Assembly: GCF_009914755.1 (NCBI RefSeq)
Contig: NC_060936.1
Reading direction: 5' to 3' (one strand)
Length of the DNA stretch: 64,000 nt
From: the human T2T-CHM13v2.0 reference genome, Homo sapiens
Shown here: in pieces, positions 18,661-32,692 of the stretch
Numbering within the stretch: the first letter of the stretch is position 1
Layout of the letters: every line of letters starts with the position of its first letter
Made by a program: the position numbers and the translations under genes
The notes under the pieces: model-generated
The model's input: the letters and a program-made list of their open reading frames with translations, nothing else
Database searches by the model: none
Told to the model about the DNA's origin: nothing

Positions 18661-18822
18661 GCTGGAAATGAGAAAATGGTCGGTTCATTCACTAACCACT
18701 GCTGGGGTGAGAAGTTGGCTGCTGAGATAAATGAGTGGAGCTTCTTTAGTACGATAAACAGTTTTTAGAATTCTGCTAGGATGTTATTGTCTGCTGCCGG
18801 GTTTGAACACTGTATAAAATGC
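18661..18822 (+). other. Non-L1 templated insertion in L1 ORF1: inverted copy of 50924-51086
   Basis: Reverse complement of 50924-51086 aligns end to end (by hand about 19 substitutions plus 4 gap bases in ~161 nt); shared peptide KLAAEINEWS in ORFs 18568-18768 and 50980-51210. Confidence 0.93.
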
Positions 18823-19617
18823 AAAGAAGCTAAAAATTGTGATAAAACACCGAAAGAGCTGACAGACAAAATAACCAGTATAGAGAAGAATGTAACCAAC
18901 CTGAAAGAGCTGAAAAACACAATACAAGAATTTCATAATGCAATCACAAGTATAAATAGCAAAATAGACCAAGTGAAAGAAAGAATCTCAGAGCATGAAG
19001 ATGGTGTTTCTGAAATAAGCCAGGCAGACAAGAATAGAGGAAAAATGAATGAAAACGAATGAAAAAAAATTTTTTTGTACAGGATTATGTAAAGAGATCA
19101 AATCTACGACTGATTGGTGTATCTGAAAGAGATGGAGAGAATAGAACTAATTTGAAAAACATATTTCAGGATATCATCCATGAGAAGTTCCCCAACCTAG
19201 CTAGACAGGTCAACTTCAAATTCCAGAAATGCAGAGAACCCCAGTCAGATACTCCATGAGAAGATCATCCCCAAGGCATATAATCAGATTCTGTAAGGTC
19301 AAAATCAAAGAAAAAAAATATTAGGACAGCTAGAGAGAAAGGCCAAGTCACCTACAAAGGGAAGCCCATCAGACTAACAGTAGACCTTTTAGCAGAAACC
19401 CTACAAGCCAGAAGAGATTGGGATAAAACATTCAGTATTCTTAAAGAAAAGAAATTCCAAGCCAGAATTTTATATCTGGCCAAACTAAGCTTCATAAGTG
19501 AAGAAGAAATAAAACCCTTTTCAGACAAGCAAATGCTGAGGGAATTCATTACCACCAGTCCTGCTTTACAAGAGCTCCTGAAGAAAGCACTAAATGTGGA
19601 AATGAAAGACCATTAGT

Positions 19618-19930
19618 GGCCAGGCACAGTGGCTCATGCCTATAATCCCAGCACTTTGGGAGGTCAAGGCAGGCAGATCACTTGAGGTCAGGAGTTTCAG
19701 ACCAGCCTGGCCAACATGGTGAAACCCCATCTCTACTAAAAATACAAAAATTAGCCGGGTGTGGTAGCAGATGCCTATAATCCCAGCTACTTGGGAGACT
19801 GAGGCAGGAGAATCACTTGAAGCCAAAAGGTGGAGGTTTCAGTGAGCTGAGATCACACCACTGCACTCCAGCCTGGGTGACGGAGTGAGAATCCATCTCA
19901 AAAAAAAAAAAAAAAAAAAAAGAAACAGAG
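19618..19930 (+). mobile_element. AluS (Sx/Sz-like) inserted at the end of L1 ORF1
   Basis: Alu dimer with poly-A; TSD aagaccattag at 19606-19616 and 19936-19946. Confidence 0.93.
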
Positions 19931-22900
19931 ACCATAAGACCATTAGCAGCCCCTACAAAAACACACTTAAGTACACAGACTAGTGAGACTATAAAGCAAT
20001 CACATAAACAAATCTGCAAAATAATCTGCTAACATCACGATGACAGGATCAAATCCATACATATCAATACTAACATTAAATGTAAATGAGCTAAATGCCC
20101 CAATAAAAAGACACAGAGTGGCAAGCTGGATAAGGAACCAAGACCCATTGCTATGCTATCTTCAAGAGACCCATCTCACATGCAATGACACATATAGGCT
20201 TAAAATAAAGAGATATAGAAAAATCTACCAAGCAAATGGAAAACAGAAAAAAGGAGGGGTTGCAATCTTAGTTTCTGACAAAACAGGCTTTAAACCAAAA
20301 AAGATCAGAAAAGACAAGGAAGGGCATTACATAATGATAAAATATTTAATTCAACAAGAAGAGCTAACTATCATATATATATATATGAACCCTACACAGG
20401 AGCAACCAGATTCATAAAGTAAGTTCTTAGAGACCTTCAAAGAGTCTTAGAATCCCACACAATAATCATGGGAGACTTTAACACTCCATTGAAAATATCA
20501 GACAAATCACCAAGGCAGAAAATTAACAAAGATATTCAGGACCTGAACTCAGCACTGGGTCAAATGGACCTGAGAGATATCTACAGAACCCTGCACCCCA
20601 AAACAATAGAATATACTTTCTTTCATTGCCAATTGGCACTTACTCAAAAATCAATCAATAATCAGAAGTAAAACACTCCTCAGCAAATGCAGAATAACTG
20701 AAATCATAACATACAGTCTATCAAATCACAGTGCAATCAAATTTAAAACTAAGAATAAGAAATTCATTCAAAACCATACAATTCCATAGAAATTGAATAA
20801 CCTGCCCCTGAATGACTTTTGGGTAAATAATGAAGTTTAGGCAGAAATCAAGACATTCTTTGAAACTTATGAGAACAAATATATAACATATCAGAATCTC
20901 TGGGACACAGCTAAGGCATTGATAAGTGGGAAATGTATAGCATTAAATGTCCACATCAAAAAGTTAGAAAGATCTCAAGTTAACAATCTAGCATCACAAC
21001 TAAAAGAACTAGAGAACCAAGGGCAAGCAAATCCCAAAGCTAGCAGAAGACAAGAGAGAAGATTCAAATAAACAGTATCAGAAATGATAAGGGGGATAAC
21101 ACCACTGACCCCACACAAATGCAAACAACCATCAGAGAATTATTATAAACACCTCTATGCACATAACCTAGAAAATCTAGAATAAATGGATAAATTCCTA
21201 GATGCACACACCCTCCCAAGACTGAACCAGGGAGAAATTGAATCCCCGAACAGACCAATAACGAGTTCTGAAATTGAGGTAGTAATAAATAGCCTACCAA
21301 CGAAAAACAAACAAACAAAAAAAGCCCAGGACCAGATGGGTTCACAGTTGAATTCTATCAGATGTAGAAGAAGAGCTGGTACTATTTCTACTGAAACTAT
21401 TCCAAAAACTTGAAAAGAAGAAACTATTTTCTAACTCATTCTATGAGGCAAGCATCATGGTGATACAAAAGCCTGGCAGAGATACAACAAAAAAAGAAAA
21501 TTTCAGGCCAATATCCTTGAGGAATATCAGTGCAAAAATCTTCAACAAAATACTGGCAAACTGAATCCAGCAGCACATCAAAAAGCTTATCCACAACGAT
21601 CAAGTAGGCTTCATCCCTGGAATGAAAGTTTGGTTCAACATATGCAAATCAATAAATGTGATTCATCATATAATCAGAACAAAAGGCAACAAGTACATGA
21701 CTAACTCGATAGGTACAGAAAAGACTTTCAATCAAATTCAACATCCTTCAGGTTAAAAACTCTCAATAAACTAGGTATTGAAGGAACATACCCCAAAATA
21801 ATAAGAGCCATGTATGACAAAACCACAGCCAGCATCATACTGAATGGGCAAAAGCTGGAAACATTCCCCTTGAAAACTTGCACAAGACAAATATGTGCTC
21901 TCTCACAACTCCTATTAAACATAGTATTGGAAGTTCTGGCCAGGGCAATCAGGTAAGAGAAATAAATAAAAGGAATTCAAATAGTAAGAGAGGAAGTCAA
22001 ACTATCTCTGTTTACAGATGACACAATCCTAAATCTAGAAAATCCCATCTTCTGAGCCCAAAGGTTTCTTAAACTGATAAGTGTCTTCAGCAAAGTCTCA
22101 GGATACAAATTCAATGTGCAAAAATTGCCAGCATTCCTATATACCAACAACAGTCAAGCCAAAAGCCAAATCCCAAACAAATCCCCATTCACAATTGCCA
22201 CAAAAAGTATAAAATACCTAGTAATACAGCTAAAAGCAAAGAGAAAGATCCCTACAAAGAGATCTATGAACCACTGCTCAGAAAAATCAGAGATGACACA
22301 AACAAATGGAAAAACATTCCATGTTCATGGATAGGAAAAACAAGTGTCATTAAAATGGCCATACTACCCAAAGCAATTTGTAGATTCAATTCTGTTCTCA
22401 TTAAACTACCATTGACATTCTTCACAGAACTAGAAAAAAATATATTTTAAAATTCATACAAAACCACAAAAAGAGCTTGAATAGCCAAGGCAATCCTAAG
22501 CAAAGAGAACAACATGATACCTGACTTCAAACTATACTGCAGGAGTACAGTAACCAAAACAGCATGGTAATGTTACAAAAACAGATACATAGGCCAGTGG
22601 AACAGAATCAAGAACATAGAAGTATGGCCACACACCTACAACTATCTTCAACAAACCAGACAAAAACAAACAACGGGGAAAGGATTCCCTATTCAATAAA
22701 TGGAGTTGGGATAACTGGCAAGCCATAGGCAGAAGATTGAACCTGCACCCCTTCCTTAGACTATATAGAAAAGTTAACTCAATGTTGGTTAGCAACTTAA
22801 ACATAAAGCCCAAAACTATAAAAAACCCTGGAAGACAGCCTAGGCAATACCATTTAGGACATAGGCATGGGCAAAGATTTTATAACAAAGACGTCAAAAG

Positions 22901-24204
22901 CAATTGCAACAAAACCAAAAATTGACAAATAGAATCTAATTAAAGAGCTTCTGCACAGCAAAAGGAACTAATAGAGTAAACAAACAACCTGCAGTATGGG
23001 AGAAATTTTTTGCAAACTGTGCATCTGACAAAAATCTAATATTTCGGCATCTATAAGGTACTTAAACAAATGTACAAGAAAAACACAACCCTATTAAAAA
23101 GTGGGTAAAAGACATGAACAGACACTTTTCAAAAGAAGATATACATCCAACCAACAATCTTATGAAAGAAAAGCTCAACATCACTGATCATTAGAGAAAT
23201 GCAAATCAAAACCATAATGAGATACCATCTAACACCAGTCAGAATGGCTACTAATAAGTCAAGAAATAACAGATGCCGGCAGAGAAAAGGGAACACTTAT
23301 ACACTGTTGATGGGAGTGCAAATTTGGTCAATCATTGTGGAAGACACTGTGGTGATTCCTTAGAGACCTTAAGACAAAAATATCGTTTGACCCAGTAATC
23401 CCGTTACTGGGTACACACCCAAAGAAATATAAATTATTCTATTATAAACATACATGCACACATATATTCATTGCAGCACTATTCACAATAGCAAAGACAT
23501 GGAATCAACCTAAATGCCCATCAATGATAGACTGGATAAAGAATATGTGGTACATACACACCATGGAATAATATTCAGCCATAAAAAAGGAACAAGATCA
23601 CATCCTTTGCAGGAACATGGATGGAACTGGAGATCAAAACTAATACAGGAACAGGAAACCAAATACTGTTCTCACTTATAAGTGGGAGCTAAATGATGAT
23701 AATACGTGAACACATACAGGGGAACAATACACACTGGGGCCTTTCAGAGGGTAGAGAGTGGGGGGAGGGAGAGGAGTGGGAAAAATAACTAATGGATACC
23801 AGGCTTAATACCTGGGTGATGAAATAATCTGTACAACAAACCCCCGTGACACAAGTTTACCTGTGTAACAAACCTGTACTTATTCCCCTGAACTTAAAAT
23901 GAAAGTTACAAAATAAATAAATAACAATAAAAAGCATTATAATTTTTTTTTAATTTTTACATACAGCAGGCCAGGGTTTTCAATCCCCTACTCCTTTTTA
24001 GGAATGAGGCTTTGGTGAGACAAATAGGAAAGAAGGAGCTCTGGCTTGCTTTACAATGAATAAAAGGATATCTAAAAGAGGCAGTCAAAACTAGCATAAT
24101 AAGGATTTTTCTTTTGTTTTATAGTTATTTCCCTCTGGAAAGTATGAAGGATCTAAATTTTTCCATCACACTCAAATATTGTAAGAACCAAAATGAGATA
24201 CCAC

Positions 24205-24322
24205 ATTTACCATGATGTCATTATTATACACTGTATGCCTGTATCAAAATGTCATGTACCCCATCAATATATACACCTATGAATGTACCTACACAATTAA
24301 AAATAAACTTTTTTTAAAAAAA
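24205..24322 (+). mobile_element. L1MA 3'-end fragment
   Basis: 'tgtatgcctgtatcaaaatgtcatgtaccccatcaatatatacacctat' is typical of the L1MA 3' end. Confidence 0.7.
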
Positions 24323-27300
24323 GAACAGGAATAATCTGTTGCCTCTTCTGCTGTAATATCACAGAGAAACAGAAGAACCTTGCCTATATCTTAAAGAATG
24401 CAGTCTGAATCCTTGGAAGCAGAGCATGGTGGTAGAAAAATTGAAAGAGAAACAGAGGGAAAGAGAGAGAGGAAGAACGAGACAAGAGACTCCAAGACAC
24501 CCCTCTGAGGTGGATGCCATTTGCACCAATACATGAGTCCAGGAAATTTTGGCACCCTGCTCTGGACTCATCTACTTCTGATTCCTTCTGGCAATAGTTA
24601 TGCCACCATTTGGGAGGTTATATTTCAGAAGGTTCACCTACTGCATTATTGGAAACAGTTTCAATAAATCATGGTTTTAAAAACTGTTAGCAAAGATATT
24701 GAAGTAGGATGGAAGAACAATGTGAGGATGCTGACATGAGTGAGGGGCTCACAAGGAATCAATCAGAGGAGTCACAACTGACAGCAGGGGGTAGTATTCC
24801 TGCAGCAACTTAGCACTCAACCCAGAGCAGAGGGCATGATAGAGAAAAGTAGAGTGAAACCTAGACTCAGAAATTACATATCTGCAAGTGCAGTTTTCTA
24901 ACACCTAGTTCAGTGCTTCCAGCCATCTGGAAACAAGAATAAAATGCCTGCAATTAACTAAACTGGGCTATATAGATACAAACAGGATATCTTGAGTTAA
25001 AAAAAAAATAGTGTAGGAATGGAAATTAAATTTAGTTGCTTATATCTTTGCTGTTATACAATCAGCAAAGAGGGGTTTCAACTTCGTTACTTAATTTTGG
25101 TGAGTTGAGAAACAGTAAAATATACAAAGAAATCACCTAAACTTCCAATCCAGTAGAGTGAGTGCTGTCAATTCTCAGAGAAAGTCACTGTTTTAGATTT
25201 TGTAGGCTTTGCTTATGTCCCCTTCATCAGTAGTTTATATTTCTTCCAGGGATTTCCTCTATTTATTTGTAATTTTAAAAATTCAGTTTTGAACTTTATC
25301 TGACCAGTCTCCTGCTACAAATAAAAGATAATATTTTCAAAATTTATTAATTTCAGCATACACACACATACACACACAAAACATGTCTCAACAATAAGAC
25401 CTAAAATAATTTGAAAGTTATAACTAAGCTAGAATGTATGGGGAAAAGACAGAAATAAAGGAGGAAAAAAAGACATTGTTTATTTGCATTTTAATAGAGT
25501 AAGAATCCCATTTTGAAAACTGCTGCAGTTTCATTTTAAACCAAGCCACTTTTGAATATACACGTTTCAGCATTTTTAAACACCTCTGTTTCCCATTAAA
25601 TCACTATGTACATTTAATTTCCTCAATTGAAACTCCACTGAGATAACAATATACAGAAAAAAGCATGAGCACTTTGTGCAATCACTGACAAATGTAATAG
25701 TACGCGTGTAGCATGTTCCATCTCAGTGCCCAGAAAAGTACCAAATCTGTCAAAATGATTCTTACTTTCCTAAACGAGCAGACTCTACTATACTACCTCA
25801 AGATGACTGCTAATATAACCATTTTTAAAAACAAAATTTTATTGTCATATATTTATTTTCCCCTTGGCTCTAAACCAAATGAATTTATTTAGTTTAAATA
25901 TTTTATTTTGTCCAGGGCCTTGTGAATCATATTGGACTTTCTAAAGAATGCCTATTGTACAGCAGGTTATTACTAAATATTTATAACTGGTAAAGTGAAG
26001 GAATTGTGGTATTCATTCACATAGGAAACAAAGTAAACAATTGAAACTGTTCAACTATTGTTTATATAAGGGGTTTATACTTTCTAATTTTAAATTAATG
26101 CCACTTATTCCTCTGTTTGGGAAACTAACTTTCACTAAAGTTAATTAGACATTAATGTATTATATTGAAAGATTATTCTGCTCATCGATAAAACTGATCC
26201 TAGCATGTTTTGATGCCTGCCACCGTAGAACTCATACATCTTGAAAATAACATTGTCAATTCTTAATTATCTAAAAATTAATCTTTCTTCTCCTCCTTCC
26301 CTCCTGTTTCAGAGAAGAAATTATCCCTAGTACTTTCCACATCTACTGTTTCTCTATTATTTTATCTCTTGCTGCCTCTCAGAGAAGCACTTCTCTAGTG
26401 AAAGATGTTATAAGAGTAGAAAGAGATTAACTTTCAGGATTAGACAGACCTAGTTCCAACTTTGATAGCTCATTGCTCCCTAATTCCTAGAACTGTGACC
26501 TTAGCCAAGTTACTCAACCATTACAAGTAGGAAAGGGTCTACAAAACTGTTTTCCCCATAGCATGGAAATTTAGCCAATGGTTAACCCTAGCCAAATGAC
26601 TTTTGCATGGTAAATTGCATCTGGACAGGGAGGAATTATAAATGTACAATAAATATTTTATGATACCATAGGTAAAGACTTTCATAAATGCAAAGGCTCT
26701 TATAACTAGCATCAGCCTTCCAAAAACTATACTTGTGGAGTTGCTACAAGAGCTGTTGACGTCTGTAGAACATGAGGCTTCAAAGTCAGGCCTATTTGCA
26801 TCTTCTTGATGTGAGTCTCATTTTCTAATCCCTGCACTATCTGCTGGACTGCTGCATGGACTCCCAGAGAAGAAAAATGTATGATGCTTCCCTGCTGGCA
26901 TTTTATGGCCCTATCATACATAGCCTTCAAAGGATTCTAGTATCAAATGTGGCCTATAATAGTCTTATAAGTCTGAATGTTTAGCTGAGCCTAAGAAGAT
27001 CCCCTGATGAGCAGCAGAGAGAGGTATTATAATATCCACCTCCTAATGACACTATAAGGATTAAACAACATTGTATATAAATACACACATAAAATGATTC
27101 CTACACATCCATGTTTCCACACATGTATAGTAAGAGAAAGCTCATTGCATTGGAGTTCAAGTACAATTATTATTTAAAATGTGTTTTTGTAATTTGTCAT
27201 GTCCATTTTCTCCTGGTAAATTGTAAATCTAATGAGGGCAGGAGTCATGAAGTGTTTCCAACTTCATACAGAGAATTGCTACATAATAAGTGTTCCATTT

Positions 27301-29361
27301 ATGTTTTTTCTTTCCTTGTTGGAGAGCCTCCAAACTGAGATCTGTGGAAAGCCAATTGCTTATAATTTTGATAAGTATTATTCAAAATGAGAAATAAAAA
27401 GACTCATTGGTGAGATAAATTTGGGAAACACTAGGTGATGCTAAACAGATTTTTTTTTCTTTTACAGTACGTCTTGCAATTCTCCAACATGAAATGCAGT
27501 GGGAGAACGAGACAAATACTTCACGTGCAATTTCACAACTCTCTTTTTTTAAGGGCCAACTTTTGAGATGGGTTTTGTGCAGATGACACTATAGGAAACA
27601 CTGCCAACACCTAAATATAGGTCCTCTTGGAGCTGTAATGTCCCTGGATAAAAACAGATGCATCTAATTATCTCATAAGAGAGGAGAATTGGAAAAGAAA
27701 GATTTAGTAAGTTTCCTAAGATCCTGCAAGTAATATTTCCCTATACAGCTTACCCTACTGTCAGTTGAAAATTGGTCATACAACTTGTTACAGCTTGTCT
27801 GTATTAAATCCCCACACTAATCACTCCTGATAACAAAATAAGATGAAGTAAAAAACATTGAGCATATATCCAAGAACCAGAAAGACCCCAGGGTTCTAAG
27901 TCCATGGAAGTGATCTTTTCTGGTCCTCACACATATAACCATTGGAATGTTGACTCTCCACAAAGATCAGATGAAATTTTGCATTGTATCTGCTTTCCCA
28001 GGACTCTCTTCAATCATTGGCCCTCAGTATGGTAATAACAAACCCACGATTTCCTTGTTTCTAAAGTGTTCTAATGTTTTCACATCTTGGAGGGGACTTG
28101 GATCTACCTCTCTCTAGCACTCATTTTCTTGTTTGGCTGTCCAACTCAACCACAGATTCCACAGCAAGAGGAACCACAGATTACTCATCACAACATCCTC
28201 AGCCCATAGAATATTCTTAGCAAACATTTTCTTAAATGACTAAATGAGTGAATGTGATGAGAATTTCAAAATGTGTAGAACTGACCAGAGCCAGGAATCC
28301 TGGAAAGTCCAGTATCTTTCTCTTTCTACAAAGAAATGGTGTGGGGAAGTGGGGCAAATATTTAATAAAATTCTGTCATTAACTGATATAGCCACAAAAG
28401 CATTTACTGAAAACTTAGGGCTATCTGATGATTCCTAGTATATTTCACTGGGCTTAACAAAAACTGTGTGGAGCCTTGACCATCTGGGATGTCATTACAT
28501 AAAGGTAAATAATTAAATATATAACTTTGTAAAGACTTCTTCAAGAATGTAATCCCTTTTCACTCAGAATAGAGCAATTCTGTTCTTTCTTATAATAGAA
28601 ACTAAAATCTCTGAGCCTCAGAAATCTTTTGGAAGAAATCTTTGGGAAAGGACACCTATAATAAAGATATCCTGGGGAAATAAGAGATGTTGTAAATTCA
28701 TAATTAGATTATAAAAGATGTAAAGCTTATTGATGCACTATATGACATATACCATCTAATTTTACTGACAAAATGAAAAACTGACCTTCTGTGAAGCGTT
28801 GAAGGAATTTTGCCCAGTTTGTATTTAGAAGAACAGAAGGGAAGGTCTAAGAAACATAAGGATGGGCTCCAAGGACAAAGTTTCTTTTTCCACTGTTAGT
28901 AAAAGGAAATCGGAAATGTGGTTTGAGATGATCAACACAGACATCTGATCTATAGGACTAGAAAAGATTCTTTCCACCCACAGTAGCTCCTAATCATCAT
29001 CTTACAAGCATGCCCTCCCATTCTAATATATCTTCCACATTCCAGTCTTGAATTGATGCAGATGATTTTGGTTACGAAGAAACCCAGCTCAAAGTAGATC
29101 AAACAGAAAAGGAGATACATATATGGCTTCCAGTAGCCCTCAAGATTTATATTCAGCCAACTTTCTCTTGAGGTTCCAAGAGATTGACAGCCTGGACCTG
29201 GATTAGATGCCCAACATATATCAATTAATTATAATCAGGAGAGCAAGTTCATATAAGAACATAGCAGTTCCCCTAGTGCCCACATAAATGGACTGAAGAG
29301 TTATTTCCAGAAAAAAACAAAGCTTTTCCCAGAAGAGTCATTATCAAACATGCAAGTCAGG

Positions 29362-29827
29362 CATCACAGACTGAATAACAACCCTCAAAGGTGTGCACAT
29401 CCTAATTCCTGAAACTTGTGAATATGCTGCCTTTTGTGGTAAAAGGGAAGGGGCTTTGCAGATGTGATTACTTCGAGGATCTTGAAATGAGAAGGTTGTG
29501 TTGGATTACTTGGGTACATCCATATAGTCACAACATCCTTATAAAATAAAGGAAGGAGGAGGATCAGACCCAGACGTTTAAAGAAGCTATGCTGCTGGCT
29601 TTGAAGATGGAACAAGGGACCATGAGCTAAGAAAGACAGCCTCCAGAAACTAGAAAAGGCAAGAAAACCAATTCTCTCTGAACCTCTAGGAGAAACACTG
29701 CCTGCTGGCATCTTAATTTTAGCCCAGAGAAACCCATTTTGGGCTCCTGTTCTCCAGAACTCTAGTATAATAGAGTTGTCTTGTTTTAAGCCACTAAGCT
29801 TAAAACAGCAATAGCAAACTAATACAC
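29362..29827 (+). mobile_element. MLT1D-like MaLR LTR
   Basis: 'cagactgaataac...cctaattcctgaaacttgtgaatatg...ctttgcagatgtgatta...gctggctttgaagatgga...aactaataca'. Confidence 0.85.
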
Positions 29828-29899
29828 AGAATGGTCACTATAATCCTGCTGCTTCTTAAAGCAAGAGACTTATGCCTGCTCCAGTCCCCCCAACCAACA

Positions 29900-30900
29900 C
29901 ACACTTGTTATCTTTAAAGAAAAATCTAAACTTAACATATCACCCTCCCCACTTTTAATTTACAACTTTGTGTAACGTGACTTCTAACCCCAGCCCTCTG
30001 AAACTGATCCCTAAGAGGCCATCAAAGGACTTCTTGGTGGAGAAATCATGTCTCTACTTCTCATTTTTTTTACATATGCATACACAGACACTTCATTTAT
30101 CAATTTTTTCTTGAAAATCTCTCCTCTACATTTTTGAGTTACTGGTCTCTCTTAATTCTCCTACTTTAAATTTATTTTGTTGTTTCTTCTTCTATTGGTC
30201 CTTTAAATACAAACTTCTTTTCCTCCATTGTATCATCTGTTCCTCCTCCATATACATAGGCACCCACATTTCAATCTTGTCTCTAATAATCAGTAATTGT
30301 ATGACACTGGTCAGATATTTTAGCATGACGGCATTCCCCAAATAACCATAACACCTGCATTATATGGTTGCTGAAGAATCAGACAAGGTAGAGAAAATAT
30401 CTACACATAGGACACTTTCAATACGTAGTCACTTTATTATTCCACTTTGTTTTTTTTTATCCCTTTATAGCTATCTTTCTCTAATTCTGCTCTTTCCAAT
30501 ATAATTCCAAACTGACTACATCTCCACCTAGATATCTTCATTGCTGTCTGTCTAAAATCCATCTTACTTCTCTCCCTCTTAGTCCCATACTCCTCCTCTG
30601 CACAGCTTTATAGCACCCTAACAGAATCATAAATGGTTATTCACCCTGACTAGAAAGTTAATAATTGCCTTCCAACTAGCTGTTTCTCAAAACCAGTTGA
30701 TCATGAAATATCTCAATTGACTTCTACATAGCATCCACAGTGCTATTTCCAAACATTTTCTATTTTCCTTAAGTTCTGAATCCCAGCCCTACGATTTTCA
30801 CTTTCTGTAATGATACTACTTTATAATTTGATTAGAGTTCTTCTGATATGAGCTACCTCATCTTGCTGCAAATTCATCTCAAGTTTCCTGAACATCTTCA
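29900..30900 (+). mobile_element. Decayed L2 region with an internal MIR fragment
   Basis: Pyrimidine-rich L2-like texture ('catctccacctagatatc'); boundaries approximate. Confidence 0.5.
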
Positions 30901-31001
30901 ATCACCTTTATCATTCTTCCTCTATCAGAGAAGGAAGAATCACCCTTCCTCTCCACCTACCTTTGAAAGATGAAAAATCTTATGGCAATTAAAAAAAAAT
31001 A

Positions 31002-31314
<313 letters not shown>

Positions 31315-31439
31315 TCAGGTTTAAGAGTCAAAGAGACCTGGATTCAATTCCAAGGTTTTTTTGGTTTTTGATTTTCTACTTATTAGTCACATGAACAACT
31401 TATTTTTCTCATTTTCCTCAACTGCAAAACAGGAGGAAA

Positions 31440-31590
31440 AAAAGATAAATGTTTGAGGGGATGGATACCACATTCTCCATGATGTGCTTATTTCACATTA
31501 CATGCCTGTATCAAAACCATCTTGTGTACCCTATAAACATATATACATCTACTATGTAACAACAAAAATTTTAAAAATAAAAAATAAGGG
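31440..31590 (+). mobile_element. L1MA 3'-end fragment
   Basis: 'gataaatgtttgaggggatggatacc...catgcctgtatcaaaacc'. Confidence 0.75.
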
Positions 31591-31981
31591 AAAAAATTAT
31601 CACCTCAAAATACTGAAGTGCTGATTTAGAATTTAAGAGCTTTAGAATGTGCCTTTGCCCTTTGCCCTATCCCATTCCCTCTTGGCAATGTCCTCATATT
31701 CTCTAGCAACTTGTCTCTCATCAAGAGATTTCTAACCTCAATCTCATCTTATTAAGTTGAAGTTAGTGTTTGAGACTAAATGCACATCTTCCAATCCAGA
31801 TTATCTATAAAATGTTTAATCATCATATGTGGGGTTGCCAGATTCCGCACATAAAAGTACAGAACACCCAGTTACATTTTGGTTTCAGATAACAATGAAT
31901 ATATTTTAGTACTTTTTTTAGTATATCATATGCAATATTGTTAATTAATTTTTTAATTTTCTGTTTGATGTTATTTCTCTT

Positions 31982-32385
31982 ATTTTTTTTTTTTTTTACT
32001 TTTCTTATTAGACTTTAAGTTCTGGGATACATGTGCAGAACGTGCAAGTTTGTTACATAGGTATACATGTGCCATGGTGGTTTGCTGCACTCATCAACCC
32101 ACCATCTACATTAGGTATTTCTCTTAATGCTAGGAGAAAAACCTAATTCCCTCCCCTAGTCCCCCACCCCCGACAGGCCCCGGTGTGTGATGTTCCCCTC
32201 CCTGCGTCCATGTGTTCTCATTGTTCAAGTCCCATTTATAAGTGAGAACATGCGTGTTTGGTTTTCCGTTCCTATATTAGTTTGCTGATAATGATAGTTT
32301 CCAGCTGCATTCATGTTCCTACAAAGGACATGAACTCATCCTTTTTCATGGCTGCATAGTATTCCATGGTGTATATGTGCCACAT
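31982..32385 (-). mobile_element. 5'-truncated L1PA (PA7/8-like) 3' end
   Basis: Poly(T) plus 'actttaagttctgggatacatgtgcagaacgtgcaagtttgttacataggt'. Confidence 0.9.
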
Positions 32386-32390
32386 TTGTT

Positions 32391-32692
32391 TGTTTGTTTA
32401 TTTATTTATTTTTGAGACGGCGTCTCCCTCTGTCTCCCAGGCTGGAGTGCAGTGGTGTGACCTCGGCTCACTCAAGCTCCGCCTCCCGGGTTCATGCCAT
32501 TCTCCTGCCTCAGCCTCCCGAGTAGCTGGGACTACATGCGCCTGCCACCAGGCCCAGCTAATTTTTTGTATTTTTAGTAGAGATGGGGTTTCACCGTGTT
32601 AGCCAAGATGGTCTCAATCTCCTGACCTCATGATTCGCCCGCCTCGGCCTCCCAAAGTGCTGGGATTACAGGCGTGAGCCACCACGCCCGGC
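32391..32692 (-). mobile_element. AluY
   Basis: Alu dimer; TSD cacatttgtt at 32381-32390 and 32693-32702. Confidence 0.92.

Larger units (their letters stand above)
17178..23935 (+). mobile_element. Full-length old L1PA (PA11-PA13-like), inactivated
   Basis: 5' end 'gatggctgactagaagcagct', repeated 5' UTR, ORF1 ATG at 18543, ORF2 ATG at 20040 (MTGSNPYISILTLNVN), many stops and frameshifts, 3' UTR 'aatacctgggtgatgaaataatctgtacaacaaacccc' and A-rich tail. No clear TSD. Confidence 0.93.

Noticed and set aside
18661-18822. Processed pseudogene or snoRNA retrocopy as explanation for the insert
   Set aside because: No poly-A or TSD, it crosses the candidate exon-intron boundary, it replaces L1 sequence, and no convincing snoRNA box architecture was seen.
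17160-23965. TSD for the full-length L1
   Set aside because: Only vague AT-rich similarity between the flanks; not callable.
26727-26930. Protein-like minus-strand ORF (HAAVQQIVQGLENETHIKKMQIG)
   Set aside because: Weak splice signals, non-ATG start and no family recognised; cannot be supported as an exon.
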